Position numbers and translations under genes: made by a program
Origin: a virus
Taxonomy: Duplodnaviria > Caudoviricetes
IMG/VR virus record: IMGVR_UViG_3300037067_001795
Coordinates: 1 to 64,000 of that record
Direction: 5' to 3' (one strand)
DNA: 64,000 nucleotides
Notes under the pieces: generated by a model
Seen by the model: the letters and a program-made list of their open reading frames with translations, nothing else
Told to the model about the DNA's origin: nothing
Databases searched by the model: none
In this document: piece after piece, positions 53,890 through 61,848 of the stretch
Position numbering within the stretch: position 1 is the stretch's first letter
Layout of the letters: every line of letters begins with the position of its first letter

Positions 53890-54372
53890 CTAGTGACCGG
53901 TGTACATGCACCACACAAGGGTTCCAGTCAGCACGACGTCGCTGACCGTTTCCAGGCTCTGGAACGGTTCCGACTCAGGCGAGCTAGTTGTGTCAGTGAG
54001 CAGACCAGTTCCGTCGTCCACAATGCCAAAGTCGCCGATGGCCACAGAGTCGCTCGTGGCGGTACCAGTGGCGAACCACCGTACGTTCAGTTCTTCACCA
54101 GCAATGGGGAAGTAGAGGAAGCAACGGTCTGCGTCCGCGTAGGCGTCGTCCTTGGTCTTGCCTTGCAGCCGGTCTTCCAGCAGCACAGCCACCACGCGCT
54201 GATCGCCGTCTGCGTCGTAGTTGGGCACCTCCCACGTGTGACGGCCTCCGATGGGCTCGGTCGCGGCCTTCAGTTGCATGATCGTGCCGGGAAGGGGGGT
54301 TCCGTCGATGATACCCTCCTTGAACACGCCTTTCGGCTCGGCACTCACGATAATGTTATTACCCTTCGCCAT
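53890..54372 (-). CDS. head decoration protein
   Basis: PGTIMQL...VLLED.LQGK...Y; canonical position. Confidence 0.75.
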   Translation of the reverse strand: MAKGNNIIVSAEPKGVFKEGIIDGTPLPGTIMQLKAATEPIGGRHTWEVPNYDADGDQRVVAVLLEDRLQGKTKDDAYADADRCFLYFPIAGEELNVRWFATGTATSDSVAIGDFGIVDDGTGLLTDTTSSPESEPFQSLETVSDVVLTGTLVWCMYTGH

Positions 54373-54433
54373 GTCTCATATCTCCTTGATCGTGATCGTT
54401 GTTTTGGAGTCGCTACACCTTGGCAGCCGCAGC

Positions 54434-56698
54434 CTACGCTTCGGGCTTGGCCCAGTTCACCGTCGGCAACGGCAGATAGTCGTTGTCATCGTCCTTCGTG
54501 CCCACGTTGGCCGTAGGCGGTACCGACGCCCCAAAGTAGCTCGGCACGTTCTGGCTCTCGTTCACAAGCGGCTTGGCCAACGCAGCCAAGTTCTGGAGCG
54601 TGTCCAACGGCATGGCGTTGAGCTGTTCCTTCGTGAACTTGTTTTGGGCGTTGCCAGTGATCACACCGATGGCCACGTCCTTGCGCTCCTGCTTGATGCT
54701 GCGCGCAAGGGCGATGTCTTCCATCTGCTCTCGGGTCAGGACGTTGCCCGTGGGTTTCTCTTCGTCCACAACTTCTTCCTCCTCTTCGTCCGCTGCCGCC
54801 ATCTTCTTCTTGATGAATTCCGGCATAGCGTTCACGGTGATCTTGGAATCCATGCCGAACCCTTCACGGGCGGCATTTACGACAGCGTCGGCTTGGAGCT
54901 GCTTCTCCAATGCGGTATCCAGCTTGTTGAGCTGGTTGTCCGTCAGGTCCATCAACTCATCGCGATCAGCCTCATCCCAGCAGCAGCTATTCTCGATGAG
55001 GTTATCCACGATATCTTCGCGGCTTTTGGTCATATCTGACCTCCTTCTACGTTGGTTACGAGTTTGGCCAGACTGGCCTGGATTACCCTTTGACACACGG
55101 ATGGTTGTTTCACCATAGCCGAAGTCTACAAGCGTAGCTGTAAGGTCGCCCTTAGACATCGCTTCCTGCACGTTCTTGCCACCGGAGATGCTGGGTATGT
55201 TCTGACTGTGAGTGTGTTTCCACCCGTCATTGATCATCTTGGTTCGTACCTTGCCGATATCTTCCGAGGCTAGAACAGACTCCTTCCCATGTCCGGCACG
55301 CACATTAGCATCAGCCACGACCATCTTCTTACTGCCTTGATAGGGATTCTGTGTCGTAGCAATCCCAGCACTGCTTAGCACCTCTGCAGTTTTCTTACTG
55401 GGTAGATCCTTGCGTGCTTTGTGCATCGCAATAGAGATAGGCACTTCGTCAGTACCAGACACGCGTTGAACGGCATCACCCTTGAGTGTTGTAGACTTTG
55501 CTTTCTTAGGGGCAACTGCTTTCGCAGCATCAGCGGCCTCACGACCCTTCCTACTGGCTGCCCCAGACTCTTTCCACAGCTTGCTAGCCTCTTCTTTCTC
55601 ACCCTTGTCAGACATCTTGCGAGCCTTGGCTGCCAGCTTGGATGCCTCTGCCTGATACTTCTTGGCATCAGCTCTGAGCGATTCATAGTCAGAGCCACCA
55701 CCCGCTTCGCCCTTGTACGACGCCTTCTCGGTCTCAGCGGCAGCACGATCTTCGCTAGCCTTAGACTTAGCGTCTAGTTCAAGTGCCTTCCGCTTGGCGA
55801 TTGTTTCACGCAGTGGGCCTTCCTCAATAGCGGCAGCTTTGCCGTACTCTTCCTGCTCTTCAAGATCTGCCATTTCCTTGGTGAGACTGGCCTCTTTCTT
55901 CTTCAGTGAGTCAATCTCACCAGCACCGCTCTTGGCAGCACCATGGGCCTTGGACGCACCCTTGCCGCCAGTAGCTCCACCACCTCCACCTCCGCCCGCA
56001 CCGAACTGGCCTTTCGCATCACGGGGTTGATTGGGGTTGTAGGCGTTCTCAACACCTAGCAGCACAGCGAGGCTCTGGAGCACAGACAATTTCTCTTCAA
56101 GCGGCACGGTAGTATCTCCTGTGTGGTTGACCAGCACACCACAGCCGTCCCTGAGGGAACAAGCACCGATCTGATCAGGCAGGATTGCCAAGTGATCCGG
56201 TCTGTAGTTGCGTGCCACGTGCGTATAGAGCTTGCCGTCCGGCGCAGTAGAGCCGTTCTCTGCTGGCTCGTTGTCCGTGTACAGCCCCGTGCTCAGCTCC
56301 TGCGGCTCGTTCCGCAGCAATGCGTCGTACACTCGCTGGTCTACGGTACGTGTGCGCTCTGCGTCAAACCAGCCCTCGGCGGTCAGCTTGCCGTTATAGG
56401 CAGGCCGGCGCACGTAGCCGATCCCTTGCTTGTCCAGCACTCCGGGCGACTGGGCAGACACGTGCGATCCGTCTACCGATTGCGGATGGTAGACCACGAT
56501 CGGCATCTCGTTCCATGCCATGAAGTCCCGCTCAATCTCGTCAGCGGGATAGTACAGAGGCCCCTGTGATCCATTCAGGACACCGGGAACGATCAGCGTC
56601 AGAGGGGCAACAAGATACTCGCGTCCGCCACGGAACTGGCGTCGCGTCTTACCTGTCACGTTCGCTGTAATAGAATGGAGCATGCTTTTCCTCGGCAA
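54434..56698 (-). CDS. DUF2213-like prohead protease/scaffold with an inserted cargo region
   Basis: PGVLNG, ELSTGLY, DHLAIL..GAC; then NAYNPNQPRD tag, a charged segment and an acidic scaffold C-terminus. Confidence 0.82.
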   Translation of the reverse strand: MPRKSMLHSITANVTGKTRRQFRGGREYLVAPLTLIVPGVLNGSQGPLYYPADEIERDFMAWNEMPIVVYHPQSVDGSHVSAQSPGVLDKQGIGYVRRPAYNGKLTAEGWFDAERTRTVDQRVYDALLRNEPQELSTGLYTDNEPAENGSTAPDGKLYTHVARNYRPDHLAILPDQIGACSLRDGCGVLVNHTGDTTVPLEEKLSVLQSLAVLLGVENAYNPNQPRDAKGQFGAGGGGGGGATGGKGASKAHGAAKSGAGEIDSLKKKEASLTKEMADLEEQEEYGKAAAIEEGPLRETIAKRKALELDAKSKASEDRAAAETEKASYKGEAGGGSDYESLRADAKKYQAEASKLAAKARKMSDKGEKEEASKLWKESGAASRKGREAADAAKAVAPKKAKSTTLKGDAVQRVSGTDEVPISIAMHKARKDLPSKKTAEVLSSAGIATTQNPYQGSKKMVVADANVRAGHGKESVLASEDIGKVRTKMINDGWKHTHSQNIPSISGGKNVQEAMSKGDLTATLVDFGYGETTIRVSKGNPGQSGQTRNQRRRRSDMTKSREDIVDNLIENSCCWDEADRDELMDLTDNQLNKLDTALEKQLQADAVVNAAREGFGMDSKITVNAMPEFIKKKMAAADEEEEEVVDEEKPTGNVLTREQMEDIALARSIKQERKDVAIGVITGNAQNKFTKEQLNAMPLDTLQNLAALAKPLVNESQNVPSYFGASVPPTANVGTKDDDNDYLPLPTVNWAKPEA

Positions 56699-56811
56699 TG
56701 ATCAGTTACCGACGAAAAGCATAGCCCCCGCTCGTGGGTCTTAGTAGCCCACTTCTACAAGAAGTTTACGTACACATAAACGGGCCAGACGCCCCCTTAC
56801 CCCATGGTACC

Positions 56812-57063
56812 CTACCCGTCCCCCTCGTGCCCCAGCAAGCGCACCCAGCGATACAACCTAGCACGGTCGCGGTACTCGCACAGCACGTCTTGCCCGCGTG
56901 GTCGCAACGCCTTGCGTATCTCGCCTAAGTGCCGACTGATGTTCTTTAGTGGCCCCATCTCATCAGGCAGGCACGCATGCAACTCCGCCTTGCTGTGCGG
57001 CAGTCCATCACTCAGCACCTTCAGCATTGCCGTTTGCGTAGGTGTGAATCCTTCCCTCATCAT
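56812..57063 (-). CDS. winged-helix DNA-binding protein
   Basis: FTPTQTAMLKVLSDGLPHSKAEL; GAAGGAG RBS before MMREG. Confidence 0.65.
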   Translation of the reverse strand: MMREGFTPTQTAMLKVLSDGLPHSKAELHACLPDEMGPLKNISRHLGEIRKALRPRGQDVLCEYRDRARLYRWVRLLGHEGDG

Positions 57064-57165
57064 CTGCTCCTTCTTCAACACCAGCACTGGTCAGTTCTTC
57101 GGGGGTGGGCCACGGTGTTCTATTAGGAATGTACGGTGTGTCTGGTAACTGCGAGAATGGTTGTG

Positions 57166-60100
57166 TCATAGGAGCCACTCCTTAGACTTAGATGAGACTT
57201 GGTCTACCCACGGCGGAAAGATACCCTGCTTGTACCGTGGATCTGTGGTCAAGGCAAAGATCTCACAGAATGCTTCCTCAGCATTCTTGCCAGCGTAGCT
57301 AGTAACATCTGTCCCAACGGTGCTTGGAACCATGCTTCTCCACTCACGCTGTTGTTCGTTTGACAGCTTACCAAATAGCTTGTGACCGTACTCATGTCGT
57401 AGGATAGCAGCATAGCCACCAACACCACCAGCCGTAGGTTGACCTGGGACTAGATCAGACCCGCTCTCGCCACGCCAGAACGGACTGTCGTAGACGTGAG
57501 TTGCAGCCCGTTCCTCTGCCGCACATGAACGACCCTTCTCTTGCCTCCTGAAGATAATAGGAACGTCACCATGCTTCTCAGCAAACTCCTGATATGCAGG
57601 GTTCGCCCTATTGGCATTCGCAGCATTCTGTATCTCCAAGTGCAGCTCTGGGTCAAGGTCCTTGAAGGCAGGCTTGTCGCCCTCGTTCCCCTTCTTAGAC
57701 CGTAGCACCTTCTTCCAGTTATCCACGATCTCTTCATGGGACGGCCTGTTACTTGCGTCCAACCGTCCTTGCTTGATCATGTGGTCAGCAAATCCCTCAG
57801 CCTCACCAGCAATCAGCTCAGCAGCCTCGTTCACATTAGTCACAACGACTTGACCACCGTGCGTCTTCGCCCACTGCTCGGCTTCCTTCAGTGTGCTAAA
57901 CTTCGGCGGAGCGTCTGGTATACTCTCGTGACCCACACCACCTCCCCCACTGCTCCATTGGCCTTTGTAGTCACGTGGTTGATTGGGGTTATAGTTAACC
58001 ACGCTGACCGGTCGCTTCTTGGCGATACGCTTGTCAGGGCCTACCCACTTGGTTCGCTTACGTTGCTCCGCCAGCGTACGCTTCTTAGGCTTCTCAGCCT
58101 TCAAGCTCTCGGTGATAGCAGCTTGGATCTCCTCCTTGCGGCGCACCTGTTCCTTCTGCGGCTCGCCCACGTTAGCGGGTAGGTGTGCGCATCTACAGTT
58201 GCTGACTACTAGTCCACCACTATAATACAGGCTAGTTGCTGTTGTGGCATCAAAAGCAAGTCCTTCATACTCGGTAAAGGAAACACTATGAATCCGCTCC
58301 CACTTGAAGAGGTTAGGCAACGCTACTTGGCTGGAGAAAGTCTGTGTTCTATGCAGCAACGATTCGGGGTCAATCGTAGTGCAATTAAACTCCGTCTCGA
58401 GAGAATGGGGATCGTCCTCAGAAGATACACCCCTGCTGAGAAGGCCAAATTTGCTTACGAAGCTAGAAGGGGCCAGACTGACACTATGGCCACTAAGCTG
58501 GCTAGAGCCACTACTAGATCGAAGCTCGGTCTTGGGGTAGGTTCCTGCGAAGTTGCCCTCTCGCAATTTCTCGACGCCGAAGGAATCCCATACTCCCAGC
58601 AAACCACGTGCGGGCCATATTGCCTCGACTTTACCCTGACAGAACACCCTATCGCCGTGGAGATCCGAGGACGTGGCTACAATCCCAGAGTTGCCCGTAA
58701 CTCTAAGAAGAGACTCAAATATGTTCTCGACCGTTGGAACTTGATTTACATTCAAGCCTGTGGAAGACCCATTCTTCCGGTGGTCGTAGAGTACATAGTC
58801 GCCTTCTCTAAGCTGTGCCGCAGGAACCATTCCTCTAGGGGTGAGTATTGGGTGATTAGGTCCGATGGTCGTCCGAGCCAACCCGCTCCGCAGGGTAAGT
58901 ACAATAGCTGGGCCGCAATACCAAGCCCGGACCAGCTCCTCGCATTCGCCATAAGAAGCAAACGATGATCCAGCAAACACAGCATTAGGATGCCTCGGAA
59001 TCATGCCCCTCGCTTCTTTTATTGTGAGCACTACACCGTCCATGGCTTGACATAGTCTACACACCCTACCGTCGCCAGCCGTATCCCACTCCACCATGAC
59101 GCCTACTTCGGTCACGCCTAGTCGCTCCATAGCGTCTAGCTGACCTTCTGCATGGCTGCGAATTACTTCTGTCCTCGCAATAGTCGCAGCCCTATTGGAG
59201 CCGAAGCCTAGCTCGTCCTTGAGCCGTCGTGCTAGAACGTGTGGATTGTCGCCACGTGCGAAGCCTTCAGTCAACTCGCGACTGACTACTACGGCCATCG
59301 CTTCAGTCACGCCCTTCAGATCAGTGAACACGCGACCCGCCATGAGTTGAACCTTCTCAATGCTCATGGGCCTGCCGAAACTGCTCCGTAGGAACTCCTC
59401 CTTCGTGCCGTTGTACCATCGCATATCCTTCTGCACAGCCGGTACTCTCACGTCGTCAAAGGCACGACCCTGTCCCTTCTGGTAGGCCTCCTCCACAAAC
59501 TTGCGCCAGTACGCCTCACCCAGTCCGTCGTCCTTGCCAGCCAGCACCTCGTCCTTCAGCACCCCCTGCAACCACTTCAAGAACGCCGCTATCTGCTGCG
59601 GCCTACTCTGAAAGACCCACCGTGCGTTCGTCGCTAGTTGGTTGTGAGTAGCCTTCCACTTCTTACGCTTCGCTTCCCAGATCTTTCTAGCGTCTGGATT
59701 GGCTGGTGCCTTACCACTCAGCCATGTAGGATAATCCACAGACTTTGTAGGTGTGGCCTTCTTGACAACTGGGGGCTTGCTAATCCCAGGGAGGATAGAT
59801 TTGCTGGGTTCTACGGTCGACGCGGTCCCAAACTTACGATCCATAAGATCTTTGACTACGGCTGACGACCTTGGTAGTTTGTCTGTGAGTGATTCTGCAT
59901 GTAGGTCTGCCCCTAGATGGTACGCTGTCAGATGGGCAAACGATTCATTTCGACCTTGGCTTCTACCAGTCAAGAAATAGTTATGCTGCCCATACTTCTC
60001 TGCGGCACTGATAGATCGCATATCCAGCTTGTACGCTTCAGCAAACGTATCAGAGCTAGACCAATCATTTTCAACATCTAGTACGTGCCCTACTTCGTGG

Positions 60101-61542
60101 GCTACAGCGTAGAAGTTCCTTTCCTCATCGGTGCTTGTGGGGTCTAGCTTCTTAGCCATGTCACCCGCATGAACCTTCTCAGAGAAGTTCAGTTCCTTCT
60201 TGTCATAGTTGACAAAGGCGTTTGCCCCCTGTTTACGCATCTCTTCGTCTGAGATTGACTTAACAACCCATCCCTTAGATTCTACAAACGCCTTGATGGA
60301 TGATGGTAACTTGTCATAAGCTTCTAAGGTAGTATCAGCAGCTCCACCACCAGAGCCCCATCTACCACGAGCATCCCGTGGTTGATTAGGATTGTATGCG
60401 TTCGCAGTCACGCCCTTGTAATCGCCCACTCTCCACTCTGTCTCGCCCGGATTGTAATAGAGGTCCTTTACGTCGGCGGTCCTGATGAAGATAGTGCTGG
60501 CGGGCTTCGCGTCCTTCAGATGGTCTGGCCAGCCCGTACCCATGAACAGCGGAAACTGCTTGCCTTCCAGCGACACAGCCTGAAGCACAGCGAAGTCGTT
60601 GTCGCCGTGTTGCAGCATCAGGTCGTTCACACGTGCCTCAGACACACCGTGCGTCACGCCAGCACTAACCAGCTCGTCTCTAGTAAGTTCGCCTCTAGCT
60701 GCCTTCCGTGCAATGTTGAGGCCGTCGCGGTACTTCTCAGCGTTGTCTTTCGTGGTAAACGAGATCAGGTTGGAAGCACTGCCGCCCAGCGTCTGCTGAC
60801 CCAGCTCGTCGCTGCTCTTCAGGCCCTCTGTCTTGATCTTGTCTGCTGCGAACGTGGCATGATAGAGCTGGTCTGGTGGCTCTACGTAGCCTGGATGCCC
60901 CGGTCGCAAGCCGCTCGGCGTAGCCAGTCCTTCAATCCGTTGCAGCTCCGTAGACTGTCGCTCACGGTCCTTCCAGTACTCCTCTCGCTTGCGTTCCGCC
61001 TCTGCCTTGGTTGCCTCGCTGGACTGCCGCAGCCGTACGTCCTTGATATCCAGTCCCATCTCCTCATGCTCTTTGAGGGCCAGCCTAGCATCCTCAACGG
61101 ACATGGTCGCTACGATGTCGTCGTTGTCGTCCAGGAACTCCACATCGCCGGTCATGTCACTCGGCAGCTTGTCGGCTGTGAACACACCACCAGCTCCACC
61201 ACCGCCACTACTCCACTTGCCCTCTGCATCACGTGGTTGCGAAGGGTTGTAGGCGTTCAACGTACTCTCACGCACCAGACCAAACGCGTCCTCTACCAGC
61301 AACAGGTCTTGGATCTGCTTAGCCACTCGTGCAAACCGCCTACGTAACTCCACCTCAAACAAACGCCGCAACGTAGCAGTCCTACTTGGATCACTACGTA
61401 GTGGGTTCTTGGCCTTGCGTGGATTGCCTGCATTAGAAGTGAGAGGGCTGCCAGGGTGTGACCCTGTGCGTTCCTCGGGTAAGGTACGACCCCTGCTCCC
61501 CGAGGAGACAACAACCCTCTTGCGTGGCTTAGCGATCACCAT
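57166..61542 (-). CDS. MuF/SPP1-gp7 head morphogenesis protein, polyvalent, intein-containing
   Basis: RAATIARTEVIRSH, WDTAGDGRVCRLC, HPN|intein|CRC; three NPNQPRD-tagged inserts including two HExxH domains. Confidence 0.92.
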   Translation of the reverse strand: MVIAKPRKRVVVSSGSRGRTLPEERTGSHPGSPLTSNAGNPRKAKNPLRSDPSRTATLRRLFEVELRRRFARVAKQIQDLLLVEDAFGLVRESTLNAYNPSQPRDAEGKWSSGGGGAGGVFTADKLPSDMTGDVEFLDDNDDIVATMSVEDARLALKEHEEMGLDIKDVRLRQSSEATKAEAERKREEYWKDRERQSTELQRIEGLATPSGLRPGHPGYVEPPDQLYHATFAADKIKTEGLKSSDELGQQTLGGSASNLISFTTKDNAEKYRDGLNIARKAARGELTRDELVSAGVTHGVSEARVNDLMLQHGDNDFAVLQAVSLEGKQFPLFMGTGWPDHLKDAKPASTIFIRTADVKDLYYNPGETEWRVGDYKGVTANAYNPNQPRDARGRWGSGGGAADTTLEAYDKLPSSIKAFVESKGWVVKSISDEEMRKQGANAFVNYDKKELNFSEKVHAGDMAKKLDPTSTDEERNFYAVAHEVGHVLDVENDWSSSDTFAEAYKLDMRSISAAEKYGQHNYFLTGRSQGRNESFAHLTAYHLGADLHAESLTDKLPRSSAVVKDLMDRKFGTASTVEPSKSILPGISKPPVVKKATPTKSVDYPTWLSGKAPANPDARKIWEAKRKKWKATHNQLATNARWVFQSRPQQIAAFLKWLQGVLKDEVLAGKDDGLGEAYWRKFVEEAYQKGQGRAFDDVRVPAVQKDMRWYNGTKEEFLRSSFGRPMSIEKVQLMAGRVFTDLKGVTEAMAVVVSRELTEGFARGDNPHVLARRLKDELGFGSNRAATIARTEVIRSHAEGQLDAMERLGVTEVGVMVEWDTAGDGRVCRLCQAMDGVVLTIKEARGMIPRHPNAVFAGSSFASYGECEELVRAWYCGPAIVLTLRSGLARTTIGPNHPILTPRGMVPAAQLREGDYVLYDHRKNGSSTGLNVNQVPTVENIFESLLRVTGNSGIVATSSDLHGDRVFCQGKVEAIWPARGLLGVWDSFGVEKLREGNFAGTYPKTELRSSSGSSQLSGHSVSLAPSSFVSKFGLLSRGVSSEDDPHSLETEFNCTTIDPESLLHRTQTFSSQVALPNLFKWERIHSVSFTEYEGLAFDATTATSLYYSGGLVVSNCRCAHLPANVGEPQKEQVRRKEEIQAAITESLKAEKPKKRTLAEQRKRTKWVGPDKRIAKKRPVSVVNYNPNQPRDYKGQWSSGGGGVGHESIPDAPPKFSTLKEAEQWAKTHGGQVVVTNVNEAAELIAGEAEGFADHMIKQGRLDASNRPSHEEIVDNWKKVLRSKKGNEGDKPAFKDLDPELHLEIQNAANANRANPAYQEFAEKHGDVPIIFRRQEKGRSCAAEERAATHVYDSPFWRGESGSDLVPGQPTAGGVGGYAAILRHEYGHKLFGKLSNEQQREWRSMVPSTVGTDVTSYAGKNAEEAFCEIFALTTDPRYKQGIFPPWVDQVSSKSKEWLL
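58199..58226 (+). promoter_or_regulatory. candidate promoter for the antisense endonuclease gene
   Basis: TTGCTG-N16-TATAAT, 62 nt upstream of ATG 58288. Confidence 0.45.
58288..58968 (+). CDS. HTH + DUF559/Vsr-like endonuclease encoded antisense within the intein
   Basis: RYLAGESLCSMQQRFGVNRSAIKLRL (HTH); EVALSQFLDAEGIPYSQQTTCGPYCLDFTLTEHPIAVEIRG; AAGGA RBS; TATAAT at 58221. Confidence 0.75.
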   Translation: MNPLPLEEVRQRYLAGESLCSMQQRFGVNRSAIKLRLERMGIVLRRYTPAEKAKFAYEARRGQTDTMATKLARATTRSKLGLGVGSCEVALSQFLDAEGIPYSQQTTCGPYCLDFTLTEHPIAVEIRGRGYNPRVARNSKKRLKYVLDRWNLIYIQACGRPILPVVVEYIVAFSKLCRRNHSSRGEYWVIRSDGRPSQPAPQGKYNSWAAIPSPDQLLAFAIRSKR

Positions 61543-61829
61543 CAGTCATAGACCTCGTAGTCAAAGTCATCTTCCGGTGGGCAGTAGGCTGGTATCATGG
61601 CCTCGTTGGCACGGCGGATCGCGGCCTTACCTTCCTCAATCTCGTCGTGTGTAGGCTCGTAGCAAGTCTCGTTGCGGCGCATGTTAGCACCTTGCAAACG
61701 TAGGATCCTACACATCCTCGCATGTGAACACCCGTACGCGACCGCCAGCTTGTAGGCAGGCTCGCCGTTGTTGTATCGCCGCAGCATCGTGGCGATCTCT
61801 TGCTTCGTGAACGTTCTGCTCTTGCCCAT
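61542..61829 (-). CDS. small HTH protein between portal and MuF
   Basis: RRYNNGEPAYKLAVAYGCSHARMCRILRLQG. Confidence 0.75.
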   Translation of the reverse strand: MGKSRTFTKQEIATMLRRYNNGEPAYKLAVAYGCSHARMCRILRLQGANMRRNETCYEPTHDEIEEGKAAIRRANEAMIPAYCPPEDDFDYEVYD

Positions 61830-61848
61830 GGCTCAGTCTAATGTCACT

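Larger units (their letters stand above)
58198..58983 (-). mobile_element. intein (262 aa) in the MuF HPN/CRC motif
   Basis: Begins AVFAGSSF; block B GPNHPIL, block F AFDATT, ends GGLVVSN followed by Cys+1. Excision restores HPNCRC. Confidence 0.9.

Noticed and set aside
57007-57169. 53-aa ORF coupled to the MuF stop (MTQPFSQLPD...)
   Set aside because: It overlaps the HTH gene start and has no motif; cannot be supported.
58198-58983. Class 3 intein
   Set aside because: The Trp(B12)-Cys(F4)-Thr(G5) signature is absent (Ile, Asp, Val instead).
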